A DNA stretch of 64,000 nucleotides from Candidatus Aminicenantes bacterium (GTDB taxonomy: Bacteria; Acidobacteriota; Aminicenantia; Aminicenantales; Saccharicenantaceae). Position numbers and translations under genes: made by a program. The stretch spans positions 1,684,400 to 1,748,399 of the forward strand of contig CAVTOI010000003.1 of assembly GCA_963736255.1 (NCBI GenBank), in the 5' to 3' direction. Positions 58,884-64,000 of this stretch are shown piece by piece. The notes under the pieces are model-generated. The model had not been told where the DNA came from, made no database searches, and saw only the letters and a program-made list of their open reading frames with translations. Within the stretch, counting starts at the first letter, position 1. The number at the start of each line of letters is the position of its first letter.

Positions 58884-60266
58884 CTAGACTTCTTCGAGCC
58901 GGGCGGTGAAGTGCCGCAGGAACGGCGATTCGCGGACGATGCGCAGCCCCCTGACCTTGTCGCGGTTCTTGTAGAGCTCGATCAGGGCGTCCGCGACGTA
59001 GCGGAGATGCGAGGCCGTATAGACCCGGCGCGGGATGGCCAGCCGGACAAGCTCCAGCTCCGGAAAGGTCTCGGCCTTCCCCTTTCCCGACTTCTGCCCG
59101 AACATGACCCCGCCGATCTCGACGGCCCGGATGCCGTATTCCCGGTAGAGCGCCACCGTCAGGGCCCAGCCGGGATATTGAGCCCGGCGGATGTGCGGCA
59201 GGAACCGGTCGGCCAGGATATAAACGGCGTGTCCGCCGAAAGGCTTGAAGACGGGCACGCCGGCCTGATCGAGCAACCCGCCGAGGTAGGCCGTCTGGGC
59301 CATCCGGTGATCGAGGTAGTCCTCGTCGAGCACTTCCTTCAGTCCCCGGGCCATGGCCTCGAGGTCGCGGCCGGCCAGGCCGCCGTAGGTCGGGAAGCCC
59401 TCGCTGATGATGAGGTTGTTCTTGATCTTCTCGGCCAGCGCGTCGTCGTCGAGGGTGACGAAGCCGCCGATGTTGACCAGGGCATCCTTCTTGCCGCTCA
59501 TCGTCGCCCCGTCGGCGTAGGAGAACATCTCCTGGGCGATCTCCAGGACGCTCTTCTTGGCGTAGGCCTTCTCGCGCTTCTTGATGAACCAGGCGTTCTC
59601 GGCGAAGCGGCAGGCGTCGAAGAAGAACGGGATGCCGTAGTGGGCGCAGACCTCGCTCGTCTCCTTGATGTTCTTCAGCGAAACGGGCTGCCCGCCGCCG
59701 CTGTTGTTGGTCACGGTCATCATGACCAGCGGGACCTTCTCCGCGCCCCGCTTGTCGATGAATCTCTTGAGCTTGGCCACGTCGATGTCGCCCTTGAAGG
59801 GCAGGTCGGAGTCGGGGTCGTAGGCGGCAGCGGCGGCCAGGTCCTCCGCGCGGGCCTCGAGGACCTCGATGTTGGCCCGGGTCGTGTCGAAGTGGATGTT
59901 GCTCGGGACGCTGTCCCCTTTCCTGAGGATCGAGCCGAAGAGGATCCGCTCGGCCGCCCGTCCCTGGTGCGTGGGGATGACGTGGCTGAAGCCGAAGATC
60001 GCCCGGACGGAATCCTCGAGGTGATAGAAGTTGCGCGCCCCGGCGTAGGACTCATCACCGGTCATGATGCCCGCCCATTGGTCGTCGCTCATCGCCGAAG
60101 TCCCGGAGTCCGTCAGGAGGTCGATCGTGACCTTCTCGGCCGGAATGCCGAAGGGATTGAAGCCCGACTGCTTGAGGAGCGTCTCCCTCTCCCGTCGTGA
60201 CGTCGAGCGCAGCGGCTCGATCATTTTGATGCGGAAAGGCTCCATCGGCGGCTTGATGTCTGCCAT
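58884..60266 (-). CDS. tnaA: tryptophanase / tyrosine phenol-lyase family beta-eliminating lyase
   Basis: EPFRIKMIEP...LLTDSGT...IPTHQGRAAE... is canonical TnaA/TPL; the PLP lysine context SGKKD is present. Confidence 0.85.
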   Translation of the reverse strand: MADIKPPMEPFRIKMIEPLRSTSRRERETLLKQSGFNPFGIPAEKVTIDLLTDSGTSAMSDDQWAGIMTGDESYAGARNFYHLEDSVRAIFGFSHVIPTHQGRAAERILFGSILRKGDSVPSNIHFDTTRANIEVLEARAEDLAAAAAYDPDSDLPFKGDIDVAKLKRFIDKRGAEKVPLVMMTVTNNSGGGQPVSLKNIKETSEVCAHYGIPFFFDACRFAENAWFIKKREKAYAKKSVLEIAQEMFSYADGATMSGKKDALVNIGGFVTLDDDALAEKIKNNLIISEGFPTYGGLAGRDLEAMARGLKEVLDEDYLDHRMAQTAYLGGLLDQAGVPVFKPFGGHAVYILADRFLPHIRRAQYPGWALTVALYREYGIRAVEIGGVMFGQKSGKGKAETFPELELVRLAIPRRVYTASHLRYVADALIELYKNRDKVRGLRIVRESPFLRHFTARLEEV

Positions 60267-60313
60267 GCATATCCTCCCTGGCCGGCCCCGGCCTCGCCGG
60301 AGCGGCGCGTATC

Positions 60314-61213
60314 TTAGAATGTCATCAACTTGCGGAACTGCCGGAACCGGGCCTCGACGAGGTCCCTGTCAAGCGACAGGAAGCGGCCGATGCCGAAATC
60401 CTCGATGGCGAACGAGGCCATGACGCTGCCGTAGACCGCCGCGCGGCGGACGTCCCGAGCGGAAAGGCCCGGCTTCTTGTCGAGATACCCCAGGAAGCCG
60501 CCGGCGAAGCTGTCCCCCGCCCCGGTCGGGTCGATGACGTGTTCGCAGGGATGGGCCAGGACGCCGAAAACGAAATCCCGGCCGAATACGAGGGCGCCGT
60601 GCTCGCCCTTCTTGAGCAGGACGAGCGAGGGGCCGAGCCCGACCAGGGCCTTGCCGGCACTGATGAGGTTCATCTCGCCGGTGATCAGCCGGGCCTCTTC
60701 GTCGTTGGCGAAGAAGATGTCGACCCGGCCGAGCTCCTTGAGCAGGGCCTCCCGCTTCGTGTCGATCCAGAGGCGGATCGTGTCCATGGCCACGACAGCC
60801 GGCTTGCGGAACTGGTCCAGGACGAAGCCGTGATGCTCGGGATTGAGGTTGGCCAGATAGACGATGCGCGAGCCCCGGTACGGCGCCGGGACCTTCGGCC
60901 GGAAGTCGGCGAAGACGTTGAGGTCCGTCCGCAGGGTCGTCCGGCGGTTGGGGTCCTCCTCATATTTCCCTTCCCAATGGAAGGTCTTTCCGGCCTTGAT
61001 CTTGAGGCCCGTGAGGTCGACGCCGCGCGAGCGGAGGAGAGTCAGGGTCTTGCGCGGGAAATCGCGGCCGATGACGCCGACGATGCGGGGCCGGGTGAAA
61101 TAGCTGGCCGCGAGGGAACAGTAGGTGCCCGACCCGCCGACGATCTTCTCCCGGTCGCCCCACGGCGTCCGGATGGTGTCAAAGGCGACCGACCCGACGA
61201 TGACGAGACTCAT
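60314..61213 (-). CDS. PfkB-family (ribokinase-like) carbohydrate or nucleoside kinase
   Basis: GG N-motif GGSGTY; C-terminal DPTGAGDSFAGGF anion-hole motif. Confidence 0.8.
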   Translation of the reverse strand: MSLVIVGSVAFDTIRTPWGDREKIVGGSGTYCSLAASYFTRPRIVGVIGRDFPRKTLTLLRSRGVDLTGLKIKAGKTFHWEGKYEEDPNRRTTLRTDLNVFADFRPKVPAPYRGSRIVYLANLNPEHHGFVLDQFRKPAVVAMDTIRLWIDTKREALLKELGRVDIFFANDEEARLITGEMNLISAGKALVGLGPSLVLLKKGEHGALVFGRDFVFGVLAHPCEHVIDPTGAGDSFAGGFLGYLDKKPGLSARDVRRAAVYGSVMASFAIEDFGIGRFLSLDRDLVEARFRQFRKLMTF

Positions 61214-61228
61214 GAAGATCCCCCGAGG

Positions 61229-62119
61229 TTAGCGCAGGTATTTGTCGACGAGGAGCCCCAGCTTTTTCCGGGTCGCGGCCGGGATCGCGGACGGGGCCGT
61301 GACGATCGTGTTCTTGAGCGCGGCGCCGCAGTCGCAGCCCGGCGCTTCTTTCTTCCCCATCTCCGCCAGGGCCTTTTTGATGACCGCCTTGGCATTGGCG
61401 ATGTTGTAAGACAGGTTCTGGAGGACGAGCTCGACCGTGACGGGCTCCTCTGTCTCATGCCAGACGTCGTAATCCGTGGCCAGGCTCAAAGTGGCATAGC
61501 AGATCTCGGCCTCGCGGCAGAGCTTGGCTTCGGTGGCGCTTGTCATGCCGATGACGTCGCATCCCCAGGTCCTGTAGGCCAGCGACTCGGCTTTCGTGGA
61601 AAAGGCCGGTCCGTCGATGCAAATGTAGGTCCCGCCGCGATGGGCCCTCAGCCCGAGGCCGACGGCCGTATCGTACAGGGTTTTCGCGAGAGACGGACAG
61701 ACCGGCTGTCCCAGGCTGACATGGGCCACGATCCCGCCGCCGAAGAACGTGTTCGGCCGCCGGGTCCGATCGAAGAACTGGTCCGGGAGGACGATGTCCC
61801 GCGGGTGAATGTCCTTACGGAGCGAGCCGACGGAGTTGACCGAGATCAGGCTATCGACTCCCAACTTCTTGAAACCGTAGATGTTAGCCCGATAGTTGAC
61901 CTCGTCCGGAAGCAACCGATGCCCTTTGCCGTGGCGGGCCAGGAAGGCCACCCGTCGGCCTTCGAGCGTGCCGACGACATAGGCGCAGGACGGGTCGCCG
62001 AAGGGCGTGCGGAGCCGGACTTCCCGCTTGTTCTTGAAGCCCTCGATCTCGTACAGCCCGGTCCCGCCCAGGATGCCGATCGTCGCTTTGGGCAGTCTGG
62101 TCGTCTTGTTCCCGGCCAT
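61229..62119 (-). CDS. mtnP: S-methyl-5'-thioadenosine phosphorylase
   Basis: IGILGGTGLY...GMTSATEAKLCREAEICYA... is canonical MTAP; RBS GGAGG. Confidence 0.85.
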   Translation of the reverse strand: MAGNKTTRLPKATIGILGGTGLYEIEGFKNKREVRLRTPFGDPSCAYVVGTLEGRRVAFLARHGKGHRLLPDEVNYRANIYGFKKLGVDSLISVNSVGSLRKDIHPRDIVLPDQFFDRTRRPNTFFGGGIVAHVSLGQPVCPSLAKTLYDTAVGLGLRAHRGGTYICIDGPAFSTKAESLAYRTWGCDVIGMTSATEAKLCREAEICYATLSLATDYDVWHETEEPVTVELVLQNLSYNIANAKAVIKKALAEMGKKEAPGCDCGAALKNTIVTAPSAIPAATRKKLGLLVDKYLR

Positions 62120-62212
62120 GGATCCTCCTCGATTCCATATACCTTTTTCGGCGAGGTGGGTCAAGGGCCGGTCTTTGCATTTTTCCGACGAAAACGATAT
62201 TCTAAATGAACT

Positions 62213-63382
62213 ATGAAGTACGTCTATCTCGACGCATCCTCGGGGATCAGCGGAGACATGTGTCTCGGCGCGCTCCTCGACCTGGGGGTCGATCCGGCCC
62301 TCTTTAAGGAGAGGATGGCCGGTCTCCGCCTGCCCGTCGAGATCGCCGTCCGCCGGGTCCGACGGGGCGGGTTCGCCGCGGTCAAGGTCGACGTCGAGAT
62401 CCACGGCCACGAGCACGTCGAGCGCAATTTCGGCGACGTCGAGCGCATCATCCTCAAGGGCCGCTTCATGCCCGCCGTCAAGGACCGGGCCCTGCTCATC
62501 TTCCGGCGGCTTTTCGAGGCCGAGGCCAAGGTCCACGGCCGGACGTTCAAGGCGGCGCACCTTCACGAGGCCGGGGCGGATGATGCCCTGGTCGACATCG
62601 TCGGAACGGCCTTTCTCCTCGAGGAACTGGGCGTCTCCGAGGTCTATTGTTCGCCGCTCAACGTCGGCTCCGGCTGGGTCCAGACGTCCCACGGCCGGCT
62701 GGCCGTCCCTCCCCCGGCCGTTGCCGAGCTCCTGAAAACGGCGCCGGTCTATGCGGCCTGGGTCGAATCGGAGCTCGTGACGCCGACCGGGGCGGCCATC
62801 GTCGCGGCCCTGACGAAGCGGTTCACGAAGCTGCCCGAGCTCGTCTACGAGAAGATCGGACGCGGCGCCGGGTCGAAGGAATTCCCCGAGATCCCGAATA
62901 TCCTGAGGATCTACTACGGCGACGCCGCGGCCTTCGATGAAGCGAAGAGCGTCTTCATCGTCGAGGCGACGGTCGACGACGCTTCGCCGCAGCTTCTGGC
63001 CCACTTCCTCGAGCGGGCCCTCGAAGAGGGCGCCCTCGACGCCACCCTCTCCCCCGTCGTCATGAAGAAGAACCGCCTGGGGACGAAGCTTTCGCTGCTC
63101 GTCGGTGCCGACCGCATGGATGCCCTGATCGAGGCCGTGTTCCGGGAGACGACGTCGATCGGCGTGCGTTACTATCCCGTCGGCCGGCGGGTGCTCGAGC
63201 GCGAGTTCCGGACCGTCCGCGTCGGCGGCGAGAAGATCGGCATCAAGATCGCGGCCCTCGGCGGAACGACGGTCAACGTCCAGCCGGAGTACGAGGACGT
63301 CCTCAAGGCGGCCCGCAAGACCGGCAAGCCTCTCAAGGAGATCGCCCACAAGGCCGTCTGCGAGTTCCACAGGAAGCGCTAG
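62213..63382 (+). CDS. larC: LarC-family nickel-pincer cofactor insertion protein (DUF111)
   Basis: [26 protein letters not shown]-terminus; 389 aa. Confidence 0.8.
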   Translation: MKYVYLDASSGISGDMCLGALLDLGVDPALFKERMAGLRLPVEIAVRRVRRGGFAAVKVDVEIHGHEHVERNFGDVERIILKGRFMPAVKDRALLIFRRLFEAEAKVHGRTFKAAHLHEAGADDALVDIVGTAFLLEELGVSEVYCSPLNVGSGWVQTSHGRLAVPPPAVAELLKTAPVYAAWVESELVTPTGAAIVAALTKRFTKLPELVYEKIGRGAGSKEFPEIPNILRIYYGDAAAFDEAKSVFIVEATVDDASPQLLAHFLERALEEGALDATLSPVVMKKNRLGTKLSLLVGADRMDALIEAVFRETTSIGVRYYPVGRRVLEREFRTVRVGGEKIGIKIAALGGTTVNVQPEYEDVLKAARKTGKPLKEIAHKAVCEFHRKR

Positions 63383-63408
63383 CGGCGGCCGGGGGCGGAA
63401 GGATCACG

Positions 63409-63990
63409 ATGGACACCAAGAAGATCGAAAAGGGCGTGAGCCTCATCCTCGAGGGCGTCGGCGAGGACATCCGCCGCGCCGGCATCCGGGCCACCCCCCG
63501 CCGCGTGGCCCGCATGCTGGCCGAGATCCTCGGCGGCTCCGAGAAGGAGGCGACGCGCAACCTCCGGACGATCGAGGACGAGAAGCACGACGAGATGGTC
63601 CTCATCAAGAACATCCCCCTCTACTCGATGTGCGAACATCACCTCCTCCCCTTCGCGGGAGTGGCCCACGTGGCCTATATTCCAAAAGCCGGGCGCATCG
63701 TCGGCTTGAGCAAGATCGCCCGTGTCGTGGAGGCCCTGTCCAGGCGGCTCCAGGTCCAGGAGCGGTTGACGAAACAGATCGCCGACCTGCTCGACAAGCA
63801 CCTGCAGCCCCTGGGCGTCATGGTCGTCATCGAGGCCGAGCACATGTGCATGTCGATGCGCGGGGCGAAGAAGCCCAAGTCGATCACGGTGACCTCGGCC
63901 GTCCGCGGCTCGTTCCGGAAGAACCCGGCGACGCGGGCCGAGGCCATGATGCTCATCCGGGGAGGACCCATCAATGTCAACGAACGCTAA
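63409..63990 (+). CDS. folE: GTP cyclohydrolase I
   Basis: ...[12 protein letters not shown]...HMCMSMRG... is canonical FolE. Confidence 0.9.
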   Translation: MDTKKIEKGVSLILEGVGEDIRRAGIRATPRRVARMLAEILGGSEKEATRNLRTIEDEKHDEMVLIKNIPLYSMCEHHLLPFAGVAHVAYIPKAGRIVGLSKIARVVEALSRRLQVQERLTKQIADLLDKHLQPLGVMVVIEAEHMCMSMRGAKKPKSITVTSAVRGSFRKNPATRAEAMMLIRGGPINVNER

Positions 63991-64000
63991 GAAAACATTC

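Overview
This 64 kb window is high-GC (~66%) bacterial chromosome. It shows a Gram-negative-type envelope: TolC-like and other outer-membrane beta-barrel proteins, Tat and lipoprotein signals. Genes are densely packed on both strands, often with 4-bp start/stop overlaps, and the promoters match the sigma70 consensus. I found no rRNA, tRNA, CRISPR array, transposase or integrase. Content is mostly housekeeping and metabolism: tkt, folD, pfk, yebC-ruvCAB-queA, folE, mtnP, larC, copA and a glcD-like oxidase. Highlights: (1) an aromatic amino-acid fermentation module, iorA-iorB plus an ADP-forming acyl-CoA synthetase, with a divergent Rrf2 regulator, a tryptophanase, and a TrpB2 gene preceded by a 28-codon leader peptide rich in Trp codons (WLWNWW). 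(2) A glycan-degradation stretch (GH5, GH20, GH95, GH109-like, large secreted hydrolase-like protein) in which the GH20 and GH95 genes are broken by frameshifts. (3) A TetR-controlled HlyD/ABC-2/TolC efflux operon. (4) An M20 peptidase, a MurI-like racemase and a Ddl-like ATP-grasp ligase, followed by a convergent CapA gene. (5) A lipoprotein LanC-like protein and an octaheme c-type cytochrome lipoprotein. (6) A family of long AT-rich perfect hairpins that share the termini GGGTCAAACCT...AGGTTTGACCCCTTC, plus a 3'-UTR element shared by two unrelated genes. Most other six-frame ORFs are antisense or overlapping artefacts of the GC-rich sequence. Frame-disrupting indels cluster at 37-44 kb; this may be real gene decay or local assembly error.
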